NCBI GenBank assembly: GCA_951406725.2
Contig: OX597816.1
Coordinates: forward strand, 144,584,001 to 144,648,000
Origin: Octopus vulgaris
Lineage: Eukaryota
Length of the DNA stretch: 64,000 nucleotides
Reading direction: 5' to 3'
The translations under genes were made by a program, and so were the position numbers. How positions within the stretch are numbered: position 1 is the stretch's first letter; each line of letters opens with the position of its first letter. Below, piece by piece: positions 26,921 to 39,409 of the stretch. The notes beneath the pieces were generated by a model. That model saw nothing but the letters and a program-made list of their open reading frames with translations. It searched no databases and was not told where the DNA came from.

Positions 26921-28180
26921 GTAATTATTCATGTTCTTGATATTTTTATTTCAAGTAGAAATACTAAAATGTTAATCAATAGACACAATCATATCATACA
27001 AAACCATATTACTCTAAGTAAAGTATGTGGATGGCTGTAACTTTGGGAAGAAAAGCTTGTAAAAATGACTGATGTGAAAGATGAAGATTTGCAGCATCAT
27101 AGGATAAATTGCTAGCTAAAGAATTATGTTTAAAAATTATAAGAACAACATTTATAGACTTGATCACTGTGGTAAATGCAACTAAAGCATCAAATCACTA
27201 AGCTAAATTTTAAAATTCTTTCTGTGATTCATTGCTGTTGTTAATGTATCAGCGCACTTGTTGTCGTCATTCTCCACCTCCTCCTCCTGCTCCTGTTCCT
27301 GCTCCTCCTGCTCCTTCTCCTTCTCCTGCTCCTGCTCCTCCTCCTCATCATTTTCATCTGGAAGGTATGACAGGATACAATGGGTCCAAGGACTGCAATG
27401 TACACTACTTGTCTACATTGGTATGGTTTCTACAGCTGGATGCCCTTCCTAATGTCAACCACTTTGCAATGTGTACTGGGTACCTTTTTCATATCTCCAG
27501 TATTAGTGAAGTTGCCATGCAGTTTGCAAGACTATGAACCACAAGAGAGGAGACTTTTGTGCTTGGAGGTGATGGGTTAAAGTATGAGAGAAGGAGCCAG
27601 AGCAGAACAAGGCCCTTTCTGTTGAGGGGTTACATGGCTACTCAAATTTATGAAGAGAAGGTGCCAGTGATTGGATTGGAACTTGGAAGAAATAAAAATA
27701 GTGGAGATGAGGTGTCTTAAGTGAGTAGAAGTGAATGAGGATGGAAGAACTAGGAGTGTGGCTGAGTAGAAGTTGCAAAAGTGTATGGGAAAATGAGAGA
27801 TGAGGAATGGGTGAGGTGGTGAATATAATGAATGAAGAACAAATGCTGAATGGGGGGATAAGTAGGGAAAGTAAGGAAGAGTAGGGGACAACTGTAGAGA
27901 TTGGATTTAGGAGTAGAGAATGGTGGTTACAGAGCATGGAGGTGATCAATGATGCATGAAGGTAAAGAGTAGCAGAATAATGGTAATGACAGAGTAGACA
28001 GGGGTAAGATGAGGGGGCAGGAGAGAAAGAGAGTAAGAGATATATGATAGTGGAGAAGGTGAGATAATTTGGTGGCACAGGGAAAGGTGAATGTAAAATG
28101 TGGGTGGCTAGTGAGAAAGATTTGTGGTATCAAGGAAAAGCTGCAGTATATATATATATATATAAATATATATATTATGC

Positions 28181-28214
<34 letters not shown>

Positions 28215-28221
28215 ATATATA

Positions 28222-28262
<41 letters not shown>

Positions 28263-28319
28263 ATGTATGTATATATATATACACACAATTTTAATATTTT
28301 ATAAGTCTTTGGTGTAATA

Positions 28320-29550
28320 ATATTTTCCTTATGTAAATATCATTGTTTATGTAATGATCTAATTATTGTAAGTTTCTATATTATTAGATATTAAATTTAA
28401 GTTTATTCGTAAGATATTACTTAGCGATAGATTTGTTGTTTGATAGCAAGTATACGAGGTGTCTAAAGTTAGGCTTTTGTATATACATGTATTAATAGTA
28501 TTAATTGTAGTTTTAAATTTCTTATAATTAAAATTAGATAAACTTTGATAAACTTAGATATGTTTCGACTAAAGATTGGTCCAGGCCATGTCTAACTTAA
28601 TAGCATAACTTAGTTATTGTCTTTTTAAATTGATATTCGCTAGTTATTCCCATTGATAATTATATTTATAGTATTTATAGTATTTATTCGATACTATATA
28701 ACTACGAATTGATTATTTCTATAAGTATTTTTAATAAGATTTCCGAAAGTTCGTTTAAGTTTGTTTGTTTGTATTTTTGAAATTAGACATTTCATCTTTA
28801 AATATGAAAAATTAATTTATTAGGTCTTTATTATATGTGCATATATATTTATTTATAGAGATTATTTTAGATATTAATCATAATATTTATATACATTTAT
28901 ATATTTTCATTGACAATTTATATATAATAGTCATTTAAAAAAAAAAAATATTTATGTAATTAGATATAGACTATTACCGATATTAGATTATTGGTGGGTT
29001 TTTTTACCTTATAAATTAAAATTAATATTTAACATTATAATAGATTTTGATATAATCATAATTGTTAAGTTTTAAGTTTCTAGTTTGATAATAGAGTTTA
29101 TTATAAGTAAAATTATTATATTATTTATATCTTAAAGATATTGTTTAAATATTTCTGATTATTTTAAAAATATTTCAATTAACCTGAAGATTGACTGTAA
29201 CCATAACTCGAATTATTAATTGAATTTAAATTATTGCTATTCGAATTGGTACAGCCATGAAACGATCGTAGTGTTTCACTCTTTTATTAAACTTTTAATA
29301 CTTTTGATATTTAAAAAAAAAAATAATAAATTAATTAATTAATAAATAAAGTAATATATAAATATAAAAATATACATACATATATATATATATTTGTATA
29401 TAAATATAAAATTTATAAGTTTAAATTATTTAAATAATTTTTTATTTTTAACTTTTATATTTTAAAATTAATTTTATGTATTGGCTTATGTTTTTCACTG
29501 TTTGATTTGCCTAATAGTGGTTTTATCTCTAATTTAATATAATATATATA
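28320..29550 (+). mobile_element. Extremely AT-rich repeat between TA microsatellites, Penelope-like, with a hammerhead-like motif
   Basis: Shares its 3' part (29.1-29.55 kb) with 43.73-44.1 kb on the opposite strand. Confidence 0.5.
29179..29276 (+). ncRNA. Hammerhead-like motif, variant type I with long helix II
   Basis: CTGAAGA (29184) - TGACTGTAACCA...TGGTACAGCCA - GAAAC-GATC-GTA (29259-29270). Helix I is weak. Confidence 0.55.
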
Positions 29551-29975
29551 TATATAAAACACTAAGTCCACTCTGCTGAGTGGTTGGTGTTAGGAAGGGC
29601 ATCCAGATGTAAAAATCATACCAAAACAGTTGCAGAAGTCTGATGCAGGCTTCTACCTGGCTAACTCCTGTTAAACTGTCCCACCCATGCCAGCATGGAA
29701 AGCAGATGTTAAACTATGATGAGGATGATGGTGATGCTGATATGTATATACGAGTGTATACACACACACACACAAAAATACATATGTACGACTGTATTTT
29801 AGATTGTTTTCTTATTTTTTTTAGAGAAACTGAAATATGTTTTTTGATTTTCAATTTATAATTGCTTAATTTAGAAGTTATTATATTCTGTAAAATGTTT
29901 CTTAGCAAATTGCTACCCATTTGTCAAGAAATAATGAAAGTGGGAATAATCATAACTTTTCTATCTGTTTTATAG

Positions 29976-30326
29976 GAGATTATTTGGTATTTCATAGTAA
30001 CTACAATGCAGTGAATAGAAACTCCCTGATATCACCTTTCATTGATATTCCATTGTCGAATGCCAAAGTTACATTTTATTACTACATGCCTGGGATTGCA
30101 AATGGTGAGCTACAAGTACGGTTTGTGGAGGAAGGACTTGAAAAATGGTCTACTAAAACACCATATTTCTGGCAAGATTTTGGAGACCATGGAACTAAAT
30201 GGCAATATGGTTGCATGAATCTACCAAGTAAAAGAGGAAGAATCGTATTTATTGGCTTTTCTGGAAGGTCAAAAACTTCTAAAATGGCTCTTGATGATAT
30301 TATCATTGCCGAAGGTCTTTGTCAGA
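29976..30326 (+). CDS. Exon 8: MAM domain 2 remainder
   Basis: GDYLVF..LISP..VTFYYYMPG..GELQV..DHGTKW..MALDDIII..C. TAG/GTAAGT, phases 1 and 1. Confidence 0.93.
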
Positions 30327-30585
30327 GTAAGTAGATTTGATTTCTATCTTTACAAGTGATGTTTGGGTTTTACTTTCTCAAAGTATTTTATATCTGTGTT
30401 GTATTTTTTTGAAAATTTTCTCATATTTCATTTAAGTAAGTTTAATTCTTTTCTCAGATCTTTATACTTTCACTGCTAGGAAAACTTTGAAAATAGCTGT
30501 TTGCTCAGGGCTGACCCAGGCTTAACAACAATATATATCATCTATTCACAACGCATGTTTGTGCTTACATGTCTTTTGTGCTTAT

Positions 30586-30815
30586 ACTCTTTACTCTTTT
30601 ACCTGTTTCAGTCATTTGACTGTGGCTATACTGGAGCACCGCCTTTAGTCGAGCAAATCGATCCCAGGACTTATTCTTTGTAAGCCTGGTACTTATTCTA
30701 TTGGTCTCTTTTGCCGAACTGCTAAGTTACAGGGATGTAAACACACCAGCATCGGTTGTCAAGCGATGTTGGTGGGGACAACCACAGACACAAAAACATA
30801 CACACACGCATGCAC

Positions 30816-30874
<59 letters not shown>

Positions 30875-31033
30875 TATGATGAGCTTCTTTCAGTTTCCGT
30901 CTACCAAATCCACTCACAAGGCTTTGGTCGACCTGAGGCTATAGTAGAAGACACTTGCCCAAGGTGCCAAGCAGTGGGACTGAACCCAGAACCATGTGGT
31001 TGATAAACAAGCTACTTACCACACAGCCACTCC
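30586..31033 (-). mobile_element. SINE family A copy
   Basis: Reverse complement of the family A sequence. Confidence 0.85.
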
Positions 31034-33071
31034 ATTTTGTCTGTCTTTATGTTCTGAGTTTAAATTTCACCAAGGTCGACCTTGCCTTTCATCTTTTCTG
31101 GGTTGATAAATTAAGTACCAGTCAAGTGCTGGGGTCAATGTAATTGACTATCCCCCTCCCCACAAATTCCAGGCCTTGTGTCTATAGTAGAAAGGATTAT
31201 TATTATTAGTAGTAAGGCAGTGAGCAAGCAGAATTGTTAGCACACCGGGCAAAATGCTTAGTGGTGTTTTGTGTGCCTTCACGTTCTGAATTCAAATTTC
31301 GACTTTACCTTTCATCCTTTCAGAGTTGATAAATTGAGTATCAGTGAAACACTGGGGTTGATGTAATCAACTAGTCCTCCCCTCACAAATTTGAGGCCTT
31401 GTGTCTTCAGCAGAAAAGATTATAATTATTATTATTAGCAGTAGTAGTTATATTGGTGGTGATGTAGAAGCAGTAGTGTATCATTATTTAATACTTGATA
31501 TATATTGATAGATTTCAGTTCAATTTAATTTTTTATCATTGTTATTCTTTAGCCCCTAACGAAGCTTGGTTAAGTAACCCTATGTTCAAGATGTTCAGGC
31601 CATAGTCATCCCATCTTCTATTCAGACATTGATGCATGTTGAACTACATTATTCGATGTGTCTTTCATTTTCCTTGATAGTCAGGTGTGGTTTGAGGGAG
31701 ATTTTTCTCCTACTTCTAGCCAGGTTGAGTGACTACATACAGGCTCTCACACTTGTGTAATGAGATTGACACTAGTAGAGATTGAATTTGCTTTTTATTT
31801 GTCCAGTGTTACTAAAATAAGTACCATTCGTATATTAGTTTGATCTAATCAACTGTTTGCAGCTTCAGAATTTGTGGCCTTCTGCCTACATAACAAATCA
31901 ATGTATTGTCATTTGAACAATTAAAATTAAATTAAATTCAGTTGAAGAACATAAAACTTTTTAATGACACAGTTGTCATCATGTGTTTCATTTATTTGCT
32001 TTTGTTTTTTCTGATTTAACTTCATAACATTATTTCGTTTTTGGATTTGGTTTGCAAGATTCTTTATATGAGTTCGTGTGTTGAAGCATATTCTGTTGTG
32101 TCTAGGGAGAGTCATTTTCTTTTTGTGCCTTACAATATAACACAACAGTACATAACATTATTTTTTTGCTAAAGTACATAGCAAAAGAGTTTGTGGGAAG
32201 AAACCACCTGTTTTTTTGAATACGTAATGTTACACATTTTTCAACAGGAACACCTGATGCTTTCAATCATTTTCTAAACACTGAAACATTTTTTTTAATG
32301 ACTTTTGTATTATTAATGTATAATCTCTATAGAGCATGATGCAGTTACTTCATACAAAAATTGTGATGATTATGATGGTAATGATGGTAGTGGTGGTGGT
32401 GGTGGTGGTGATTGCTTGAGTGAATGTGGATTTTGTGGTTGTTTTGTCATGGTTTGTTTTCCAGTTGCTAATTTGAACAGGGGGCGCAGCTCCTCCTGTA
32501 AACCTGTAGTTTTCTGCTAATTAGGGCTTCAATGCCTCTTCGTTCTCAAAACAGATCATTACTTGCACAGCCACAATCATCTAGGAAATATACATGAAGT
32601 ATATAAAAAAATGTAAAAAGAGAAATATATAAAAAACAGAAAAAAAAAAATATAAACAATATATATGTACATACACATTATTGGATGGTCGTTGACTATT
32701 CATGAGTTCTTCCACTCTTTGCTGGGGTTAAATCTTATTTTCTATCAGGTACATGGACCCTGAAACAAGCACTTGAGAAGAAACTAGATAGTGCATGCAC
32801 TAAAATACTTAGGGTTGCACAAAATATAAACTGGTAGATGGTAGGGATGGAGCAAATTCAATATTGCAAAGGACTAACTATTTTACAGTGCTTAGCAAAA
32901 ATTCTCTGCATTTAATTTCAAATTACTGTTGAAACAAAACAGATTTTCTTCCCTCTGGAGTTATAATAGGTAGGAGTTGTACACTGAAGTTGAGCCATTC
33001 AGTTACAAATCTCTTTAATAAATTTTGATAATTCTACCATTGTAAGAAAATGTTATTATTTTATATTGTAG

Positions 33072-33230
33072 CTGGGATCATAAATAACGTGTGCACCTTT
33101 GACAACCCATTACTTTGTAAATACATAATTACTTGTATGAACCCCATTGAATACACGTGGAGAAGGATTATTGGAGGAACACCAACAAATGGAACAGGAC
33201 CTGACACTGACAATTCAAATAGTAAAGATG
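33072..33230 (+). CDS. Exon 9: MAM domain 3 start
   Basis: CTFDNPLLCKY..WRR..GGTPTNGTGPDTD..G. TAG/GTAAAT, phases 1 and 1. Confidence 0.93.
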
Positions 33231-34204
33231 GTAAATTGTTTTTGTTTTGGTTAACTTCTTTTTTAATGCAAAATTTGTAATCCGATAAATTTTATAATGG
33301 ACTTTCTCTGTACAAAAAAAAAAAAATACAGGCTGAACAACCAAACAAATGGTTACTGTTTTACTCTGTATCACGCGGTATTCTTGTAATGTTTATGACT
33401 AAGACATTTTTTACAAACATCCTGATTACCTAGCTGCATATAAAAGTTTCATCCTGTTCACTGGTATAACAGCAGGATTATTGTAAAATTGATGAGTATT
33501 TTGTTAGTTTATGGCAAACTCTATGACCAATACTTTGTATGTGTATATAACTTAGAGAGGGAGGGAGACAGCTCCATTTGATCAACTTACCCTGAAGTTC
33601 TTTATGATTATGAATTTAACTACTCCTTATTGTAAATATAACAACCATAACTTAATATTTAATAGTTTATTGGTAGGTAATGATGTTCAAATGTTAATAT
33701 AACTGTTAAAAACTACTATCATAATTTTTGATATTTTTTAGATAAAACTTTATAGTTCAGGTAAAAACATTAGCCATATAAAAAGGTAAGTAGTCTATTA
33801 CCAAGAGTGTAAATTAATTCATTCATTTCTCATCCAGCTGAGAAGGTTCTTGATCAGGTCAGGTCAGGTATAATCAGATATGCTGCTGCAATGCATTGAT
33901 GCACATACCATTTGTTGGTATTTGTTTGGGTTGTACCAAGCAGTGTCCCAGTCAGTCCCCATCTCTGCAAGATACTACCTCATCCACTATGACTTGTGTG
34001 TGGTCAACTAGCATAAGCCATCACCCCAGATGGATCTTCAGAGAAGAGAACACAGTATGCAGAATCCAGTATACATATACATATATGAAAATTCTGTTAA
34101 TACATACCTACGTACATACATACATACATACACATACATACATACATACATACATACATATGACGCTAATTGATGATGATGATGATGATACATATATATA
34201 TAAA

Positions 34205-34538
34205 AAGGGTAAAGGCCCCCTTCGGTCATGAGTGACCATGGGTTTGCACCTAGAGAGTTACCCTCTGAGGCACAAGTCTGGGCAAGGTTTTTTTATGGAA
34301 GACCAGTAGTCGCCCATGCATACCGGCCTCCCCTCTCCACGCCACCAAGGGAAAGACAAAGGTCGATACAGCTTGGCACCTGTGACGTCGCAACTCATTT
34401 CTACAGCTGAGTGAACTGGAGCAATGTGAAATAAAGTGTCTTGCTCAAGAACACAACACGCAGCCCGGTCCGGGATTCGAGCTCACAACCTCACGATTGT
34501 AAGCTTGACGCTCTAACCACTGAGCCATGCGCCTTCAC
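34205..34538 (-). mobile_element. tRNA-derived SINE (family D)
   Basis: Minus strand GGCGCATGGCTCAGTGGTTAGAGC (A box), GCTCGAATCCCGG (B box) and GTTCTTGAGCAAGACACTT core. Confidence 0.85.
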
Positions 34539-34562
34539 ATATATATATATATATATATATAT

Positions 34563-37500
34563 AAAATAAATATAAGAGAGTGGTCACTATATGGCTCACT
34601 CTAGCACCAGTTAATCCAAAAGGTTTCAACCACAAAAATACATGTTTCCCATGAAAGTCAGTACGATTGTTAGCTCACACGGACAGGGCAAATAAAAAAT
34701 AACAAATACAGATTATTTTGGGACAATTGTTTCGCTATTAATGAATTAAATGTAATTTTACTTACAATAAAATCCACTTGTAGCTCTTCAGCCAAAACTA
34801 TCTGGATGAAATCCACTCAATCACACGCCAGATTTTACCATAACGATAAATACGCGTGTGGTTCAATTGATTACATCCGACGTTATAATTCAAATGCCCC
34901 AACTAACAGCGCGCCAAATTTTCACGGAAAACAAATACAGCATTTAGAAATAAATGCAGCATAATTATAATTAATTAATAAGGGTGAGAGAATTAGATAC
35001 TAATTTAATAGTATATCTATTCTACACCAAGTGGCCTAGTGCTCCGAGAAACCTGGATTATTATAATATTTTATAATATATTATAATATTTTTACAAAAT
35101 AAATATAAGAGAGTGGTCACTATATGGCTCACTCTAGCACCAGTTAATCCAAAAGGTTTCAACCACAAAAATACATGTTTCCCATGAAAGTCAGTACGAT
35201 TGTTAGCTCACACGGACAGGGCAAATAAAAAATAACAAATACAGATTATTTTGGGACAATTGTTTCGCTATTAATGAATTAAATGTAATTTTACTTACAA
35301 TAAAATCCACTTGTAGCTCTTCAGCCAAAACTATCTGGATGAAATCCACTCAATCACACGCCAGATTTTACCATAACGATAAATACGCGTGTGGTTCAAT
35401 TGATTACATCCGACGTTATAATTCAAATGCCCCAACTAACAGCGCGCCAAATTTTCACGGAAAACAAATACAGCATTTAGAAATAAATGCAGCATAATTA
35501 TAATTAATTAATAAGGGTGAGAGAATTAGATACTAATTTAATAGTATATCTATTCTACACCAAGTGGCCTAGTGCTCCGAGAAACCTGGATTATTATAAT
35601 ATTTTATAATATATTATAATATTTTTACAAAATAAATATAAGAGAGTGGTCACTATATGGCTCACTCTAGCACCAGTTAATCCAAAAGGTTTCAACCACA
35701 AAAATACATGTTTCCCATGAAAGTCAGTACGATTGTTAGCTCACACGGACAGGGCAAATAAAAAATAACAAATACAGATTATTTTGGGACAATTGTTTCG
35801 CTATTAATGAATTAAATGTAATTTTACTTACAATAAAATCCACTTGTAGCTCTTCAGCCAAAACTATCTGGATGAAATCCACTCAATCACACGCCAGATT
35901 TTACCATAACGATAAATACGCGTGTGGTTCAATTGATTACATCCGACGTTATAATTCAAATGCCCCAACTAACAGCGCGCCAAATTTTCACGGAAAACAA
36001 ATACAGCATTTAGAAATAAATGCAGCATAATTATAATTAATTAATAAGGGTGAGAGAATTAGATACTAATTTAATAGTATATCTATTCTACACCAAGTGG
36101 CCTAGTGCTCCGAGAAACCTGGATTATTATAATATTTTATAATATATTATAATATTTTTACAAAATAAATATAAGAGAGTGGTCACTATATGGCTCACTC
36201 TAGCACCAGTTAATCCAAAAGGTTTCAACCACAAAAATACATGTTTCCCATGAAAGTCAGTACGATTGTTAGCTCACACGGACAGGGCAAATAAAAAATA
36301 ACAAATACAGATTATTTTGGGACAATTGCTTCGCTATTAATGAATTAAATGTAATTTTACTTACAATAAAATCCACTTGTAGCTCTTCAGCCAAAACTAT
36401 CTGGATGAAATCCACTCAATCACACGCCAGATTTTACCATAACGATAAATACGCGTGTGGTTCAATTGATTACATCCGACGTTATAATTCAAATGCCCCA
36501 ACTAACAGCGCGCCAAATTTTCACGGAAAACAAATACAGCATTTAGAAATAAATGCAGCATAATTATAATTAATTAATAAGGGTGAGAGAATTAGATACT
36601 AATTTAATAGTATATCTATTCTACACCAAGTGGCCTAGTGCTCCGAGAAACCTGGATTATTATAATATTTTATAATATATTATAATATTTTTACAAAATA
36701 AATATAAGAGAGTGGTCACTATATGGCTCACTCTAGCACCAGTTAATCCAAAAGGTTTCAACCACAAAAATACATGTTTCCCATGAAAGTCAGTACGATT
36801 GTTAGCTCACACGGACAGGGCAAATAAAAAATAACAAATACAGATTATTTTGGGACAATTGTTTCGCTATTAATGAATTAAATGTAATTTTACTTACAAT
36901 AAAATCCACTTGTAGCTCTTCAGCCAAAACTATCTGGATGAAATCCACTCAATCACACGCCAGATTTTACCATAACGATAAATACGCGTGTGGTTCAATT
37001 GATTACATCCGACGTTATAATTCAAATGCCCCAACTAACAGCGCGCCAAATTTTCACGGAAAACAAATACAGCATTTAGAAATAAATGCAGCATAATTAT
37101 AATTAATTAATAAGGGTGAGAGAATTAGATACTAATTTAATAGTATATCTATTCTACACCAAGTGGCCTAGTGCTCCGAGAAACCTGGATTATTATAATA
37201 TTTTATAATATATTATAATATTTTTACAAAATAAATATAAGAGAGTGGTCACTATATGGCTCACTCTAGCACCAGTTAATCCAAAAGGTTTCAACCACAA
37301 AAATACATGTTTCCCATGAAAGTCAGTACGATTGTTAGCTCACACGGACAGGGCAAATAAAAAATAACAAATACAGATTATTTTGGGACAATTGTTTCGC
37401 TATTAATGAATTAAATGTAATTTTACTTACAATAAAATCCACTTGTAGCTCTTCAGCCAAAACTATCTGGATGAAATCCACTCAATCACACGCCAGATTT

Positions 37501-38883
37501 TACCATAACGATAAATACGCGTGTGGTTCAATTGATTACATCCGACGTTATAATTCAAATGCCCCAACTAACAGCGCGCCAAATTTTCACGGAAAACAAA
37601 TACAGCATTTAGAAATAAATGCAGCATAATTATAATTAATTAATAAGGGTGAGAGAATTAGATACTAATTTAATAGTATATCTATTCTACACCAAGTGGC
37701 CTAGTGCTCCGAGAAACCTGGATTATTATAATATTTTATAATATATTATAATATTTTTACAAAATAAATATAAGAGAGTGGTCACTATATGGCTCACTCT
37801 AGCACCAGTTAATCCAAAAGGTTTCAACCACAAAAATACATGTTTCCCAAGAAAGTCAGTACGATTGTTAGCTCACACGGACAGGGCAAATAAAAAATAA
37901 CAAATACAGATTATTTTGGGACAATTGCTTCGCTATTAATGAATTAAATGTAATTTTACTTACAATAAAATCCACTTGTAGCTCTTCAGCCAAAACTATC
38001 TGGATGAAATCCACTCAATCACACGCCAGATTTTACCATAACGATAAATACGCGTGTGGTTCAATTGATTACATCCGACGTTATAATTCAAATGCCCCAA
38101 CTAACAGCGTGCCAAATTTTCACGGAAAACAAATACAGCATTTAGAAATAAATGCAGCATAATTATAATTAATTAATAAGGGTGAGAGAATTAGATACTA
38201 ATTTAATAGTATATCTATTCTACACCAAGTGGCCTAGTGCTCCGAGAAACCTGGATTATTATAATATTTTATAATATATTATAATATTTTTACAAAATAA
38301 ATATAAGAGAGTGGTCACTATATGGCTCACTCTAGCACCAGTTAATCCAAAAGGTTTCAACCACAAAAATACATGTTTCCCATGAAAGTCAGTACGATTG
38401 TTAGCTCACACGGACAGGGCAAATAAAAAATAACAAATACAGATTATTTTGGGACAATTGTTTCGCTATTAATGAATTAAATGTAATTTTACTTACAATA
38501 AAATCCACTTGTAGTTCTTCAGCCAAAACTATCTGGATGAAATCCACTCAATCACACGCCAGATTTTACCATAACGATAAATACGCGTGTGGTTCAATTG
38601 ATTACATCCGACGTTATAATTCAAATGCCCCAACTAACAGCGCGCCAAATTTTCACGGAAAACAAATACAGCATTTAGAAATAAATGCAGCATAATTATA
38701 ATTAATTAATAAGGGTGAGAGAATTAGATACTAATTTAATAGTATATCTATTCTACACCAAGTGGCCTAGTGCTCCGAGAAACCTGGATTATTATAATAT
38801 TTTATAATATATTATAATATTTTTACAAAATAAATATAAGAGAGTGGTCACTATATGGCTCACTCTAGCACCAGTTAATCCAA
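34563..38883 (-). repeat. Tandem array of 8 complete 533-bp units plus a 57-bp partial unit; hammerhead-containing, retrozyme/Penelope-like
   Basis: Units start at 34563, 35096, 35629, 36162, 36695, 37228, 37761, 38294 and 38827, an exact 533-bp period. Only a handful of substitutions. No ORF of 60 aa or more in the track. Confidence 0.97.
34711..34802 (-). ncRNA. Type I hammerhead ribozyme, unit 1 (repeated at 35244, 35777, 36310, 36843, 37376, 37909 and 38442)
   Basis: Minus strand GATAGTTTTGG-CTGAAGA-GCTA-(43 nt)-TAGC-GAAAC-AATT-GTC-CCAAAATAATC. Full core, all three helices pair. Confidence 0.9.
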
Positions 38884-39400
38884 TGCATTTATTTCTAAAT
38901 GCTGTATTTGTTTTCCGTGAAAATTTGGCGCGCTGTTAGTTGGGGCATTTGAATTATAACGTCGGATGTAATCAATTGAACCACACGCGTATTTATCGTT
39001 ATGGTAAAATCTGGCGTGTGATTGAGTGGATTTCATCCAGATAGTTTTGGCTGAAGAGCTACAAGTGGATTTTATTGTAAGTAAAATTACATTTAATTCA
39101 TTAATAGCGAAACAATTGTCCCAAAATAATCTGTATTTGTTATTTTTTATTTGCCCTGTCCGTGTGAGCTAACAATCGTACTGACTTTCATGGGAAACAT
39201 GTATTTTTGTGGTTGAAACCTTTTGGATTAACTGGTGCTAGAGTGAGCCATATAGTGACCACTCTCTTATATTTATTTTGTAAAAATATTATAATATATT
39301 ATAAAATATTATAATAATCCAGGTTTCTCGGAGCACTAGGTCACTTGGTGTAGAATAGATATACTATTAAATTAGTATCTAATTCTCTCACCCTTATTAA

Positions 39401-39409
<9 letters not shown>
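38884..39409 (+). repeat. Inverted, circularly permuted copy of the 533-bp unit (526 bp)
   Basis: Reverse complement of the unit starting at TGCATTTATTTCTAAATGC. It crosses the unit junction near 39280 and ends in (TA)n. Confidence 0.97.
39040..39131 (+). ncRNA. Type I hammerhead ribozyme on the host-gene sense strand
   Basis: CTGAAGA 39051-39057, GCTA/TAGC helix II, GAAAC 39109-39113, GTC 39118-39120, TTTTGG/CCAAAA helix I. Confidence 0.9.

Noticed and set aside
27270-27350. Pro-rich and Ser/Cys-rich ORFs
   Set aside because: Derived from a CCT/GCT simple repeat at the tail of a family B repeat.
28320-29550. Mitochondrial insertion (numt), suggested by extreme AT content
   Set aside because: No recognisable mitochondrial gene, and it shares sequence with the nuclear repeat at 43.7-44.1 kb.
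34440-34538. tRNA gene candidates (also 2732, 39905, 41045)
   Set aside because: tRNA-derived SINE heads followed by SINE bodies; no complete cloverleaf.
34563-39409. CRISPR array or ordinary satellite DNA
   Set aside because: Units are identical over their full length with no unique spacers, and the context is eukaryotic. The ribozyme core and terminal inversion argue against a plain satellite.
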